Positions 38,406 through 53,074 are shown, counted from the stretch's first letter. The stretch: DNA of 64,000 bases from Podarcis pityusensis (GCA_964106645.2 OZ067040.1), one strand, 5' to 3'. Notes: generated by a model from the letters alone, not told the origin. Numbers and translations: made by a program.

Positions 38406-40282
38406 ATTAACAGCAATATCCCAAAGAAAAATCAACCCATGTGTTTACAGAACTTCATCAGATACAGCCATTACTATGCAGGCACAGACACCAATCAGGC
38501 ATGTGATAATGGGGGCCCAGAATGCTGTTAGTTCGCTTAAATTCCATTTGATGCCATACAGATATAAAATTCCTTTGTTTATATGTTCAATAAAACCAAT
38601 GTCCAATCATGTCCATGTAAGTAAGGGGAAGGGGAGTGCTTTTTCATTTTTGTCAAATGGCATATATGTATTTATGGAAAATTCCAGTTAAATAAGTTGG
38701 CAAATTATAAGGTATTTTAATAAATCAGTTGTTTGAGTGGCAAATCTGGCTAAGTTGGCAGATTTTAATAAGATAACTGCAGATTTATCCCTTTGACAGT
38801 CTAATGAGAGCTTCAAAGACAGACTCTTCACTTCCTCTGAAAGAGGGAATGACATAGATTTAATAAGGAACACAATTTTACTCCTTGAAGTTTCTGTCTA
38901 ATGTATACATGTTTGAATAATTCATATACATGTATCTATTTGCAGGTTGAAGTTTAATTTATTACTTAAGTCCTTCACTGGCTGATGGAAATATACTAAT
39001 TATTAACTTCAGAAGAAACCTCTGGTTTTCAATCTTGGCATAGGGTTTGTGCATAAATGTGGTCTGCTGCTTTTAGAAGTCATGGCAATGACCAGAGGCA
39101 AATGTCACATATTCCAGTCCAACAGAGAAAGTCCAGCATGCTAGGAGATGAAAGGGGCAAAAGTTTTTAAAACCCTACCACCACATCACCAGGACATCAG
39201 AAAAATAAATTTGCAGGAACTCACTACAACCCATCACAAAATATTTGACATGCAACTTGGTTCTACATATAGCAACACATCTGCCCCAGTGTTCCTCGAG
39301 CAGTTCTCCCTGCCCCCTAGATACAAAACCCGTAGAACAGTTAATATCAAACGTGTCTGTGAATTTCAGCACGACCTTCTCAAGCCCTCAATATTGCAAA
39401 ACCACTGTAAATGGACTGTCAATTAAATTATGAGGTGGGGGTGGGGGGAGGATGAGAGTCAGTGTTTAAGTACTCCCTTACTGTTATTTAAAATGAAACT
39501 AAATTTCCAGCTACAGACCAAGCATATTGGAGAAAGATATTCTAGGTGAAAGTTCTTCCTGGTGTACCAGTTTTATATGTGAAGGGAGTAAAATAAAAAA
39601 TAAAAAATGGAGAAGTATTGAACTCCTCCAATCTATGAACAGACAGATCATATATTTCCTCAGTAACTTAAAAATAGGGATATTTATTGCTGACTCATGG
39701 AGAGAATGCTACCAACAGTCCTGGAACAACAGATAATGACCATTCTATCTTCTGCACTGTTTCTAAAACTCCTGTGAGTTCTTAATATCCAATGTGTGTT
39801 CTAGTGAGACACAACTTTACAGGAAATGCATGAGCAAAATCCAATAGCCACATGCACCAAGCTGTTTGCTTCTTCAGTGTGGCCCACACCTCTTTTTTTA
39901 TGTATATATTTATGTATTTGTATGTGCTTGCTCCTCAGTTAAGGGCTTTCAGAGCAACATACATCAGAAACAAAGTTAGAGTAAAATCAGATAACTTTAA
40001 ACGACACAGCAGAGCGGGGGGGGGGGGGAATTAAAAATTAATTTAAAACAGATCTCAAAGGTCTGCGCTTGATGCCAAAAAGAAAAGAGAGAGAGCACCA
40101 GCTGAGCCTCTCTGGAGAGTGACACTGTTCCAGTCAAATACATGGAGGAGCAGCTGGGAGCATCACCCCAGATGGGAGTAAGCAAGGGAGTGGAAGTAGG
40201 AAGAGGATGAGACTAAACATAGGAGTTGAAGGGCACTTGTTGCTTCCTTCTCCAGGGATAAGAGATGTCCTGGCACCCAGTG

Positions 40283-40472
40283 CCTGTCTTTTCCAGGGAG
40301 GAGGAGGATGTAGCTCAGTGGCTTTGCATGCAGAAGGTCTAAGGTTAAATCTCCAGCATCTCCAGACAGGGATGGGACTGACCCTTGTCCCAAAGCCTGG
40401 TGTGCTCATAGCAGTCAGTGTAGACAATACTGAGCTAGGTGGATCAATGGTCCGACTCAGTATAAGGCAGAT
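40283..40472 (+). mobile_element. tRNA-derived SINE (Squam2/AnolisSINE2-like)
   Basis: GTAGCTCAGTGG..TTTGCATGCAGAAGGTC head and GTGTAGACAATACTGAGCTAG.TGGA.CAATGGTC.GACTCAGTATAAGGCAG tail. Confidence 0.7.
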
Positions 40473-42104
40473 TGCTGGGAAATGGAGTAGTGAAACTCCC
40501 AGGCCAGGAGCAGTCCCTCGTCACCTGGACCTTTTCTTGCACAAAGTTGGTGGTTCCTCCTGAGATCTAGAGGGAACCTGCTGCCGCCCTGGGCTGCTTT
40601 GGAAGGAAGAGGAAGGTGTAGATCTAACTGACTAACTTACTTTCTTGTGCTTCTTTCCTTTCCTTTAGTCAATTCAGCCTAGTTTATGTTAATATAATAC
40701 GTGTTACATAGACTTGAGAGAAGTAAGGTCTTGGGTTTATGCTGTACAGTGTAGTTAATTTGTTTTGATTTTTTGTATTTTCCACCTTGTCTACTCCTTT
40801 CACAGGTGGAATATAAATTGCATAAATAAATCCTATGAGTCTATGAAATACTGCATAATACTCTCCTGCGTTATTTTTATGCATTTTCCTCTGACCTGTG
40901 TTATTTCTGTCTGCCCTTTACAGATAGATTTCATATTGGGCATATCATTAAAGGAAAGTAGAGGAAAACATCTGCAGAATAATTCCCTGGTCCTGGGAAA
41001 GCAGCCATAAAAGGGATCAGGGCACACAGAAAGTTCTGACAGTTTGAACATATTGTTATGTGTGGCCAGAAATGCCTTTGGGCCCACTAAACATAATTTT
41101 GTAATATACTGTAAACACAAAATAACAAAGCATAATGTATAAGAAGTGGGGGCTGGGGTGGAGACATCATAGATACAGTCATTGTGGCCAATGTGGACAC
41201 AAAATGGAGGACATTATGACAATAGGGTTCCATCTTCCAAGCACAGCACTGTTAAGGGTTTTCCTTTGAAAATCCTGTTTTATCTTAGGCTTTGCCATGC
41301 AAACAGTCCATGTAGATGATTTATTACATTATTTAATCGTGTCTGGGTTTATGTATTTGTGAATTGGTTTCAGTAAGTCCCAAAGGAGGTCATGACTTCA
41401 TTATATTAACCACAGTGCCAAGTACATAATAAGCAAAAGTACCCTAGGTTAAGAAAGAAGGAAGGAAATTTGTACATTTTATACCAGCAGGAGATGAAGA
41501 GAAACAGAGACACCGAGAGGTGAATTAGCTTCCACAGCACAGAGTCAAGTCAGATCAGTGTTTTTGCTTGCAGGGTGAATGTTTGATGGACCGAGCCATA
41601 TTCGACAAAGAGGGAGATGTGTTAATCTTATTTACTCCCTCAAGGACATGCTTTTAATTGAAAGGAAGTAAGCCATGGTTGCAAGGCACACTGTTAGCAT
41701 TAGCTTGTAATCAAAAGCAAGGCTCAGTAGGGACAAGTGTGACAAAAAAGATGCTAGGTTGGCTGCTTGCTCATGAGTAAGTAACCTGCAGCTGCAGCTG
41801 ATAAGGGGCTGCAAACCTGCAGGCTCTTCCTGATGGCTTATATGGGTTACAGGCAGCAAAAGAAGGCAGAGTCTGTCTCTTAAAGGAGGATAAAAACTGG
41901 TGTGAGGTGGTGGGTGGCCTGGTTGGCTAATTTTTCCCAACACCTGATGAGTAGGCTTCTTGGACAGATAGGAAGTAATGAAAAGCTGTCTTAAGCTTGT
42001 GGGGGACAGTGTGACCTTTCATACCTTTTAGCTTTGGTGGTGGTTTAATATTTTATTTCCGGTTTTCTGTAGTCAGAGACAATTTGCTACAGGTTTGCCA
42101 ACTC

Positions 42105-42490
42105 ACTTAATACACCTGAACCCCCAAACATCTCAACACTGGCCCCAGCACATCTGTCTCTCCTGGTTCGGATGGAATGGAGAGATAGATATGGGTGTCA
42201 TCAGCACACTGATGGCACATTGCTCCTAATCCCCAGATGACTCCCCCCATCCTAAAGGTATCAAATTGGACGAGAGACAAGACAGAACCCTGTTGAACCC
42301 CACAACACAATTGCCACTGTGCCAAACAGTGGTAGCAGATCTGGAGACAGGAGTGGACCCATTGTCACATATTACCCCCAACTGACAGAGTCTCTCCAGA
42401 AGGGTATACCATTGTCCACAATATCAAAAGCCACCAAGGGATCATAGACAACCATCAAGGTGGCATTCCACTTCTCATGATAAATGTCAT
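42105..42490 (-). mobile_element. Decayed L2 RT fragment
   Basis: ORF 42107-42325 'CGVQQGSVLS...CHQCADDTHIYLS' carries the RT QG and YADD motifs. Confidence 0.8.
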
Positions 42491-43737
42491 GGGCCAGGAA
42501 TCAGCTTTGCCTGCTGAACAGCAGCCTGAAGGGGGTGAAGGCAGCGTGACTTCACCTAAAACTGATCAACCTTCACAAAGGAGAAGGCACTGGAGTAGCA
42601 GCTGACTTAGTCTTTCCTAAGCAGCAGTCAGATGCTAGAAAAAAATGCCTTTAGTTCCTGGCTCTGCACTGCTGCTTCCTTCTCTCCATCTGGATCCTTA
42701 GCTCTGTGACCATCTGGACTTCCTGACCTCTGGACTAGATCCTTGGCTCTGTGATCACCTGGACCCTCTGACCTCTGGACTGTCTTCTGACTTTGTATGT
42801 GGATTCTGCTCTCAAAGGGACTCGGACGGGGCTACGGCAATAAAGGCCCATATTCAGGAGGACAGAGGCAACTTCTGGGCTGAAGCAGCCAGAAACTGGA
42901 TTGAAAAAAGATTTAGATGTTCAGCTTCATCTTGGTGCACCTGCAGCTGCCCAGCTACCACCCTATAGAAAACTACAACTGAGTGGTAGCTATCTAATAC
43001 CTTTGGGTCCAGGGATATTCTATTCAGGAGGCTGCTGCTTCCATTGAAGTAGTCAGCTCCACCCCTCCTGCAAAGAATGATTAGCCATTTCCTGGAACCA
43101 CTCTGTCAAGCCCTCCTTGACTAGATCACACAAGCCAAGATGGGCAAGAGTCAGCCAGATCACTGCAGGTGTCTTGTCCACATCCTCAAGTTTGCAACTC
43201 AAAACTGATCTCACAAGATGTGGGTAGATGGTGCTCTGGGGATCTTGCCATCATTTGCTTTAACTGTGGCATCAAGTACAGGGAATGTGAGCTATTTTCC
43301 CCTCAAGGTAAGCAGAAAAATTGGTGCCAACAGGTGGAACAATGTTCTTATTAACAGGCTGGACTTAACCACCCTATTTAGAACAATTTTCTAAGCTGTA
43401 GAATTTATGCTTTCCCCCCCCTCAATTTCTCTATGTAATTGTGGAATGTGATTCAGCCATCTCACCCTTTACAAAGGACCACAGCTGTGACCATCTAATA
43501 TTTGATGGTAACATTGTATGTTGGATAATGCATTTTATCCGAAGCTTCTTTTGATGAAGGTGGCTTATTATATGGAGACAGCTGCTCTGGATCCAACCCA
43601 AAGTTTTTAATTTAAATTTAAACTTTGTTTTTCCAACTGTATAGGTTCAGCTCCCTCCCCCCATCATTGGACACACCCATTTCACCAATCACCTTTATAG
43701 TGTGCGTGTACCGGGGCAAAGGACTGCTACAGTTGTT

Positions 43738-43884
43738 AGAATCATAGAATTATAAAATTGCAGAGTTGGAAGGGACTAGAAGGGTCATCTAGTCAAACCC
43801 TCTGCAAATGCAGGAATCGTTTGCCCAACGTGGAGCTGAAACGCACAACCCTGAGATTAAGGGTCTCATGCTCTACCGACTGAG
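43738..43884 (-). mobile_element. tRNA-Lys/CR1-tail SINE
   Basis: Reverse complement gives CTCAGTCGGTAGAGCATGAGACCCTTAATCTCAGGGTTG...CCACGTTGGGC plus a CR1 tail. Confidence 0.88.
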
Positions 43885-44462
43885 GTGTGATTAGTGCTTC
43901 ATTATAAGGAAGAGAGATGATGCTTCAGGAAGTGAGCATGCTGGTGCAAGGACTATCTGCACACATACTCTGGGGATATATGGAATTGAGGTACAAAGAT
44001 TATTGTGTTGACACTCAACAATAAGAGCAGGAGTGTGTTCCTCTTGGAAAAGAAGTCACTCAGTATCCCTTAATTTTCAAGTTTGATCTGTTTTCCTAGG
44101 CATTCTCCATATGAATGTTTGACCCATAAAGATAACTGTTGCATAACACGATGTGCTTATTGATGGGTGTGAGGGTGGTTGAATGACTTACATACAGTCA
44201 ACTTGATGTAATCATTCTGATTGCTTTACTACTACAGTAAAAATGTTTGAAAATTATATGTAACCAATTTTGAATTGTAAGGCCATGTCTCAGATGAAAA
44301 CCTGTTGTTTTGAGAGGTATTGGAAAGCTCAAATTGCCCATACATCAACTCTACTTCTGTATGGCATGAAATGTATATGTGGCTTCTGTGTAAAACCTTT
44401 AATAAAAAAAGAAAAAGCTAAGCCGTGTCAGCATAGTCCATTATGATAAAGATTAAGTATAA

Positions 44463-44735
<273 letters not shown>

Positions 44736-45557
44736 TAGAAATCTATTCCATGCCCCCCCCCCAAAAAAAATCTAAAAGAAGTCATGGTAGTGAAAATGTT
44801 TTATTTAGACACTGTACATTTGGGGGATAAACAGCCAAGAGCCAAGTCCTTTCCAGCTTGGAATCACAGTCCTTGCCACTCAAAAAAAATGGTCTCAGTT
44901 GAAATCTGTTTAATAGCCCCATGATTGCTGCTGTATTTCTTTTGAAGTTAGTTACCATGACATATACGGTTATATGTCCCTCCTGGACTGCTGCCTTGCC
45001 AACACGGTTAACCCTTTTGTTTTAAACCAGACATTTTATTATTATTATTTAAGATGTCTACTATGTGGGTTTCTTTAAACCCATTTTAAATTCCCCTCCC
45101 CGTTACACCTTTAATTGTCTTGAGTTCTTTGACATTGTTTAAATAGCAACTTCAAATGCTGACTGCTATAATAATGGTGTTGCAAACACTGGGCAGTGTC
45201 CAGTGAAATTTTTATTAGAGTGCAAGGATTTCTGCTTCCACAATGGAGCTCCTTCCATGTGGCCCTGCGTCCTCCCAAAATCTGCTCCAGAGGGTTCTGA
45301 GAACCCCCAAAACAGATTCGTGGGGCACACAGGGAGAGGTGAGGGACGGGGAGTTCCATTGCCCAGCCAAAAGTCCTTCTGGTAGCAGAAGCACTTTGTT
45401 GAATACCACCTACTGAACTAGTGATGCTCTCCAAGGTAGAAGGTGTTCTCCAGGGCTTGGCAGACTGTCTTTTCCTACTTAGGACTATGAGCCCTAGAAT
45501 TCCAGTTGGAAACTGATGGTACATGTGAGGGCTTTCTTGACAAAAGTCTCTTTCTCC

Positions 45558-45617
<60 letters not shown>
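45558..45617. repeat. Compound (CT)n(AC)n microsatellite
   Basis: Direct observation. Confidence 0.95.
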
Positions 45618-45621
<4 letters not shown>

Positions 45622-46591
45622 CAATTTCTCAGCTGAGATTTAGACTTAGAGTACAAGTTCCCAGCAGAAAAGGATGCTCTGCTAGAGTGTGGGGAGCACC
45701 CGATTTCTCTGCTATGTTCAGATTGAATAACTGCAGTAAACATGAGCCTCTGTTGCAAGGGCTTTGATCATTTAAGGGGTGAGCAGTTGGATGCTTGTGC
45801 ATCAATTTGCTATAGCATGAACTTGAGCACATAGATTAAGGCTATTGGAGAAGATGCATAGCCTTTTGTGCAGCACTCACACTACAGGAGGAATGATCAT
45901 GCCATGTCACGTTCTGATAGATGAAGCTTTTCAAATTTTGTAATTTAAAAACTTGGGGGTGGGGGAGTTGGGTGCTTCTCTTTATGGTATACATTTTAAT
46001 TTATTCAATATTATGGTTACTTAAACAGAATCTAAACTCTTAAATAAATCTGTCTCCACTGAAACACAAAATAAAGGATAAACTTTGATTTAACAAAAGT
46101 AATTTATTCCAGAGGGCTATTTTAAAATGGAAGAACAGCACAGAATGATAACTTCATTTCCATTCATCTAAGGTGGTGCTTGTATGAATCTGAATTGCAA
46201 CATGGCACAAAATCCTAGAGAACAGTACAAATACTGTCTTCCTCATAAGATGACCTGCATTTACACGAGTGGTCTGTTGATGATCCAAAATAACCATGGC
46301 CAGTTGGACTTAATTCAAGTGATTTGTGTAACCCACTTGTAGGAATGGTAAAAAAAGAAGATCCAGTTCACATTTAAAGGCAAACGGACCTAATGCACAC
46401 TTTGCAAAATAATCCAAGAAGAGAAAAAAGGCAACCATCGAAAGTTGCACTTCCCCAATTTTTTCAATGCAACTTTCCATCCAAGTCTTGTGTACAAAAA
46501 TTATGGGTGGGATTTAAAGTAACACTAAGGAGTTTCCCTTGGTCAGTGCTAGCATTTGTGCTGCTGAAAGGAACAACCTCTTCTCTCTTCC

Positions 46592-46844
46592 GGAGAGCCA
46601 GTGTGGTGTAGTGGTTAAGAGCGATAGACTCGTAATCTGGGGAACCGGGTTCGCGTCTCCGCTCCTCCACTTGCAGCTGCTGGGTGACCTTGGGCCAGTC
46701 ACACTTCTTTGAAGTCTCTCAGCCCCACTCACCTCACAGAGTGTTTGTTGTGGGGGAGGAAGGGAAAGGAGAATGTTAGCCGCTTTGAGACTCCTTCGGG
46801 TAGTGATAAAGCGGGATATCAAATCCAAACTCTTCTTCTTCTTC
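46592..46844 (+). mobile_element. Young tRNA/CORE SINE with (CTT)n tail (Squam3-like)
   Basis: A box TGGTGTAGTGG, B-box-like GGTTCGCGTCTCC, CORE-like GGGTGACCTTGGGCCAGTCAC and (CTT)n tail; CpGs retained. Confidence 0.88.
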
Positions 46845-49542
46845 TCTTCTCCTCCCCTCCCCTCATGCACTGTTCTGGGTGTTTTCCCAACTGCACAGAG
46901 CCAATGGGGGGCATGAGATGGAAGAAAGCCTCATTGTGCTATCAGGACTCATTGCTTCGGCTCCCAGTCGTTTTAAATATTTAGTTGAATTCAGCCCACC
47001 CACTTGGGAGTGCTGTATTCATACATAATTTCAATACTAGCCCAAGTAGCATAAGGCTCTGCTGCTCTGAACCTGAGAAGGACCAACTAGAGAACTGGGC
47101 TTGGCGGTGAAGTGCAGGATACAAATAGTTTTATGAGAGAGCTCCCTTAATGATTTCCTGCATTGATGGCAATCAGTTATATACTTTTTTGCTATATTAG
47201 TATACTAGATCTTCATGATTCAACACTCAGAAATCTGACTCGTTTCCCAACTCTCAGAAAAAGCACACTATTCAGACTGCTGGATGTTTCTTTGTGGGCA
47301 TCTTTATTAGATTTCTGTTTTATGAGAAAAGTAGAGCTTTAGCGTTGTCACTTTTTCTATATGTCCACAAGGATATTTATCAAAAAGCAATTTTTCTAAA
47401 ATGGAATGTTTATTGATTTTGTTCCTACCTGATAAATCTTTGCCTAAAATCAACTTTTGTGATTAAAGTGGAAAGAAAACAAGGGAAAGTCACTTGTTTA
47501 TACACCTGGAGTTAGTAATTAGTTATACTTACAAATTCGCACGTACAGTTTCATTTAACATCAGCTGCAGTCCTAAGCATACTTACTTGCTGGAAAGCAA
47601 CACTACAAGCAATGGGGATTTGCCTTCCATTAAATAAAATTAAAGTTGTTAAACTGAAGAAGAGTAACATTTTGATTCACAAAAGTCATTCATTTTCCAT
47701 TCCTTTTAATGGGGCTGATTGTCACTAAGAAACCAAAATCTGTGTGGAAAACATTTGTGTGAAGTTGCTGTTTCTGGCCACACCTCTGATATTTTCACCT
47801 AAAAAAGAAGGATCTTGCTTGCATGGTTAAAACTGGCCCTTACCCCATGGGTACCACCTCACATAAACACCTGTCCATGTTTTTAATAAGAAAAAGTTGA
47901 CCCTTTGTCAGAAATGGAGGTAGGGTGATTGTTGTTGTTGTTGTTGTTATAAATGGAACATCAGGCATAACAACTGATGTTTATGTTAGGCTTGTATAGG
48001 AGATACTATCCCACTTTTCCAAGTCATCCCTTCTCTTACAGGATGTGACATATTTTACATCTTGTTGCTCAGCGGTTATGTTGATACTGTTTTCTCTTTA
48101 TATTATTACCTCGTCTTGACTGAATCCATCAGCTATGAATTTTCAGTGATGTTTCAAAATGGAGAGACCCACCTGTCAGATTGACTTGCAAATATGCTTA
48201 GCCATTTTGTTAAAAATTGGGAAATGGCATGGTAATTTCCAAACTACTTTTAAATTCAGACTTCTCATTTGCCTCCACAGTCTCTTGGTAACTTATTATT
48301 TAAAATGTTGATAACCCACCCTTCATAACTAAAAATACCAGGCTGGATACTGGAGACAAACACACAAAAAAGCCCTGATTGAATAATAAAATAAACAACA
48401 GTAAATATTAAAATGCATCATCAAATAAAGCAGCTAAAAACAACATAGCAATCTACCCACAATACTGAATCTTCCTGTGTGAATTAATTAGTCTTGATCT
48501 AGTACCAACATGATAACTCTGTTGATATGGAGGCATTAGGTTGGCAGTAGAATTGGATGTCACCACAGAGATGGCTCTTAAATCTCCCCCTGTTTAACAA
48601 AGTGAAGTCATTAAATTACCTGAAATAGAACGAGGTATAATTTCTTCAGCGTGGATTTTTGAACACCTCTCCTCTCCTTAGAGAAGGGCTCTTAAAAGCC
48701 ATCCCTACTTGTCTTTACTGTGACCATTTTCAGATGCTTTCCACAGAAGCAGTACATATTAGCATGAAGACTCAAATATCAGGAGACATGAGAAAATGGC
48801 TCAGATTTAACAAATGACCTGATTCATGTTTTGTGAATATTCAAGTACTTGTTGATAGTTTTCATTGTCATAACAACTCTAAAAAAGTAGAAGTTGACTG
48901 TCTCATATAAACCTTGTGTATATCAAAATTTACCAAATTGCTGATATTCATGGTGACATATCCACCAGCTGCACAAAAAGAAGTTCAGATACTTATAAAT
49001 CCAGCAAGATTGAGTCGGCTTGTGTTCAGAACTGCAACTCTTGTAATGTGTTTTTAAAACAGAACAAAACAATAAATGACCTGAACTTGAAGTGTTTCCT
49101 ACCATGCAATCTCCTTTTTGTCTGGCTGGTAATTCATTGTACAATCTATTTGTTGAGCTAAATATAATCACTTTTATGGGAAAAGAAGCATATCATAACA
49201 AATTACAAAGCTAATGGTCTTAAGCAAACAATCTGATCAAAAAAGGGCTGTGCAGGATTAATTCTGTTTCACATGTTTGAAAGATTGATTAAAAGAGATT
49301 AAAGCACCATTGTGGCTGTGCTGTTGTAGGCTATCTTTACAAGTGAAAGATTTAATCTTGAGAATTCAGCTTTTACTCAATATTGCTTCCCACATTGCTG
49401 AGGCCCTCAAGCTAATTGAAAGCGAAATGATACCTATTGTTGGTTGCTCCTGAGACACAAGTTTCAGCTTTAGTTTGAAACTGGCTAGTCAAGATAAAAC
49501 TGCTTCATTTGAGGTCATTTTCAATTTTATACCTTCCCCCAC

Positions 49543-49543
<1 letters not shown>

Positions 49544-49572
<29 letters not shown>
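49544..49572. repeat. (AC)n microsatellite
   Basis: Direct observation. Confidence 0.95.
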
Positions 49573-49575
<3 letters not shown>

Positions 49576-50124
49576 AGCTACCATTGTGATTTTCTGCTTT
49601 ATTGGGAAGCAGTGATTGTATTTGCACCTTCATAGACGAGAAAGGCGTAAAGAGGAGAGAAGAGAACATGAGTTGAGTAGAGAGATTGAGAATAGAAAAA
49701 TTCAAGAATGAGGCTTCTTCAATATGGTTGAAAGAAAGATGTACAACAATATTATCTCAACAGGATCCAAATGTAGTCAGTCCTAGAGAGGGGAAGGACT
49801 AAATGCCATTGGTTTCAGCGAGTCTCTTTGAAGTGGACGGAGCATAGTATTCAGCATAGGCTAAGTAAATCCCTGTGTAAGCAGGCCAACTTCCACTTAT
49901 GCAACAGGATTCCTCCCCCACCTGCCTCCCCCCACCCCCTATTTTTTATGGATTTTCTTTCACCCTCTGGAGCAGTGGGGAAGGTGTGGGGTGCATGGGG
50001 GAAAGAGAGGGAGGAAGTCCCATTTCAAAAGTTGAAGTCATTCTGCTTTTGCAAGGATTCAGTTGAAGCATGCCCTCTGTCTGGATCTGACCCAGAGGCA
50101 TAAACAGAGAGATTTAGTTGTATC

Positions 50125-50170
<46 letters not shown>

Positions 50171-50704
50171 TATTATTATTTATACCCCGCCTATCTGGCT
50201 GGGCTTCCCCAACCACTCTAGGCGGCTTCCAAAAAAATATTAAAATACTGTATTACATCAAACACTAAAAGCTTCCCTAAACAGGGCTGCCTTCAGATGT
50301 CTTCTAAAAGTCTGGTAGTTGTTGTTCTCTTTGACATCTGGTGGGAGGGCGTTCCACTACCGAGAAGGCCCTCTGCCTGGTTCCCTGTAACTTGGCTTCT
50401 TGCAGTGAGGGAACTGCCAGAAGGCCCTCCGTGCTGGACCTCAGTGTCCGGGTAGAACGATGGGGGTGGAGACGCTCCTTCAGATATACTGGACCGAGGC
50501 CGTTTAGGGCTTTAAAGGTCAGCACCAACACTTTGAATTGTGCTCGGAAATGTACTGGGAGCCAGTGTCGGTCTTTCAAGACCGGTGTTATGTGGTCTTG
50601 GCGGCCGCTCCCAGTCACCAGTCTAGCTGCCGCGTTCTGGATTAGCTGTAGTTTCCGGTTCACCTTCAAAGGTAGCCCCACGTCGAGCGCACTGCAGTAG
50701 TCCA
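50125..50704 (-). mobile_element. Young L2 LINE, 5'-truncated
   Basis: ORF 'GLPLKVNRKLQLIQNAAARLVTG...HITPVLKDRHWLPV' is the L2 ORF2 C-terminus. (ATT)n tail; possible TSD GTATC. Confidence 0.93.
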
Positions 50705-52480
50705 GTATCTATTCCAGTATCTCAGAGCTCTACCACATAGCCAAGGAGTATACTCTCCCAACAGTGCCTGAAATGAAGGACTGCCTGGTACCTTCATGCC
50801 AGGCAAAAGCATTCCTCTTCTTCCAGGCCTTGGGCTAATTCAAAAATCTATGGCCTTTTAAACTATGTATTTCTATGTTTTTATATTGTAAACTGCCCTG
50901 CGATCCTTGGATGGTGGTATAGAAATGTAAAAACAAACAAATAAAATGGTGTACTAGGCCTAGAATTTTCCATCAGCAACTCAACCTCTAGTACACCATT
51001 ATCTTTGCTTCCACTGATATATCACTGAAATACCACTGAGGGTCTGTTTCAAGAGCTTCATACTTCCAAATTAGAATTTTAACTTATTCTGAATGCAGCA
51101 TCCTGCATGTCTCTACCAGACTTCTGAACAGTTATTTGTGCAGAATTGGTTTGGCTCATTTGTTTGTGCTTCAGGGGACTTTTGTGTGTGTGTATTGGAA
51201 AACCAGGCTGTATTAAAACAAGACCACCAGGGAATGAAAACTCTACAGTGAATCATTTTACAATACAGATAGGCTTCACATGCTTCCTAAAAGCAGGTGG
51301 GAAAGGAGGAGGAACAGTAGATTTCATCAGGGAAGTTGTTCCATTGCTGCTTTTCAAGAAAGTCACAGTGCAGGTCTTGATATCTGCCACTGATGTTTTC
51401 ACTTTGCACAGCAAGGGCAATTGAAGCACATGCTGGCTTGCTCAACATAACCTGTGTGAAAAGTTCATATAGGTCAGATAACTTGTTTGAAGCTGAACCT
51501 GGAAAACAAATACCTCTGACTTTCCTCCAAATGTTCTAGTGCTTCCGAGGTTCCTTCTTGGTAAAAAAATAATGCTGGTGTCCCCTGCACTACTTTAAGG
51601 TTCAAGAATTTATTTTGAGCTTGTCTTGTGTTGCTATGGTTGTAGTACCACTTTCTTCTAACCATTCCCACAAGTTTAAAAGTAAAGCCAAGGCGTTGCA
51701 TAAGTTAAGAAAGGCTAAGTTTATAATGCATGCCAGTGATTCCTGCCACACGCTGTTTAAAGTTTAATTTTGATGCATTATGGCCACATAACAGAGAATG
51801 GGTCAGAGAGACGTAACATGTTTTGATCATTATGCTCCAGAAGTTATCTGCCTCCTCTGTTTGACTACTTTGAATAATTCAGGCTTCGGCAAATAGATAA
51901 TCCTGAAGTCAAACACTGAATATAATTGAAGCTGTAGGAATAAATCTTCAGTGGAGAAAAATTGCACCGGGGAATAAAAAGAAACAAACTCTATGGTAAA
52001 ATGCATTTTTGTGCAAAAACCTGGAAAACCCAAATATCTGCTTCAGAGTAGTTTTGTAGTCAATCAAGTGGTGCCATTCTGTTCAAAGGACAATGCTAGC
52101 AAAAGAAGATGGGAGTGTTTTGGGGTGTTGTTGTTGTTTTTGTTAATTTGCTATTCACCTTATGTAAATGTGCTCTAGAGTGGAAGGTGGCTTGAGGTCT
52201 CGAAAGTGAAAGTGAAAAAGGAAAATCATCTCCCTTCCTTTTCTGTTAATAGATTTCCCCACCAGACCAAAGACTCTTCTGTGAATGGGAAGACTCTTTC
52301 TCACTTGCATAAGGGGGCACCATTAGATGCAACCCTCTTTCCCCCCCTTACTTGCAATTCTTATGTAAACACCCAGCCCAGTCCAGAGTTAAGAATGTGT
52401 TCTATTATACTCATGGAGTTCCTACATGTGTACTTAGTCCTCGTTCATTTCAGCTAAGAAGCCAACCCATTCACATAAAA

Positions 52481-52616
52481 CAGGCATGGCCAAACTCAGC
52501 CCTCCAGCTGTTTTGGGACTACAACTCCCATCATCCCCAGCTAACAAGACCAGTGGGCAGGGATGATGGGAATTGTAGTCCCAAAACATCTGGAGGGCCA
52601 AGTTTGGCCATGCCTG
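52481..52616. mobile_element. Palindromic hAT (Charlie/Buster-like) MITE
   Basis: TIR CAGGCATGGCCAAACT / AGTTTGGCCATGCCTG with perfect TSD ACATAAAA. Confidence 0.93.
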
Positions 52617-52841
52617 ACATAAAAGGACTAGGTGTAAGCTTAATCAGCTCCTCTTCCTTCATCATTTGACTGGGGAAAGTCTGTACTTCCTGTTACCCAA
52701 AATACACAGACAAAAGCTCTTACTTGGAAGTAAGAAAAAGATCATTATTCAGGAAAAGAGTCGTGCAGGCATGTAGCAGTCTCCTGGCTCATGAGGTTCA
52801 GAAGTTCAGGAGCGGGCAGAACTGGAAGGAAGTGATGAAGA

Positions 52842-53074
52842 AGAGTTTGGATTTGATATCCCGCTTTATCACTACCCAAAGGAGTCTCAAAGCGGCTAAC
52901 ATTCTCCTTTCCCTTCCTCCCCCACAACAAACACTCTGTGAGGTGAGTGGGGCTGAGAGACTTCAGAGAAGTGTGACTAGCCCAAGGTCACCCAGCAGCT
53001 GCAAGTGGAGGAGCGGAGACGTGAACCCGGTTCCCCAGATTACGAGTCTACCGCTCTTAACCACTACACCACAC
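52842..53074 (-). mobile_element. Squam3-like SINE (inverted relative to 46592)
   Basis: Near-identical reverse complement of 46600-46835. TSD TGATGAAGA at 52833-52841 and 53075-53083. Confidence 0.9.

Noticed and set aside
41618-41945. Possible solo LTR
   Set aside because: LTR-like composition, but I could not define matching termini with a TSD.
45111-45767. 167-aa and 83-aa ORFs
   Set aside because: Driven by the (CT)n(AC)n microsatellite and an old MITE.
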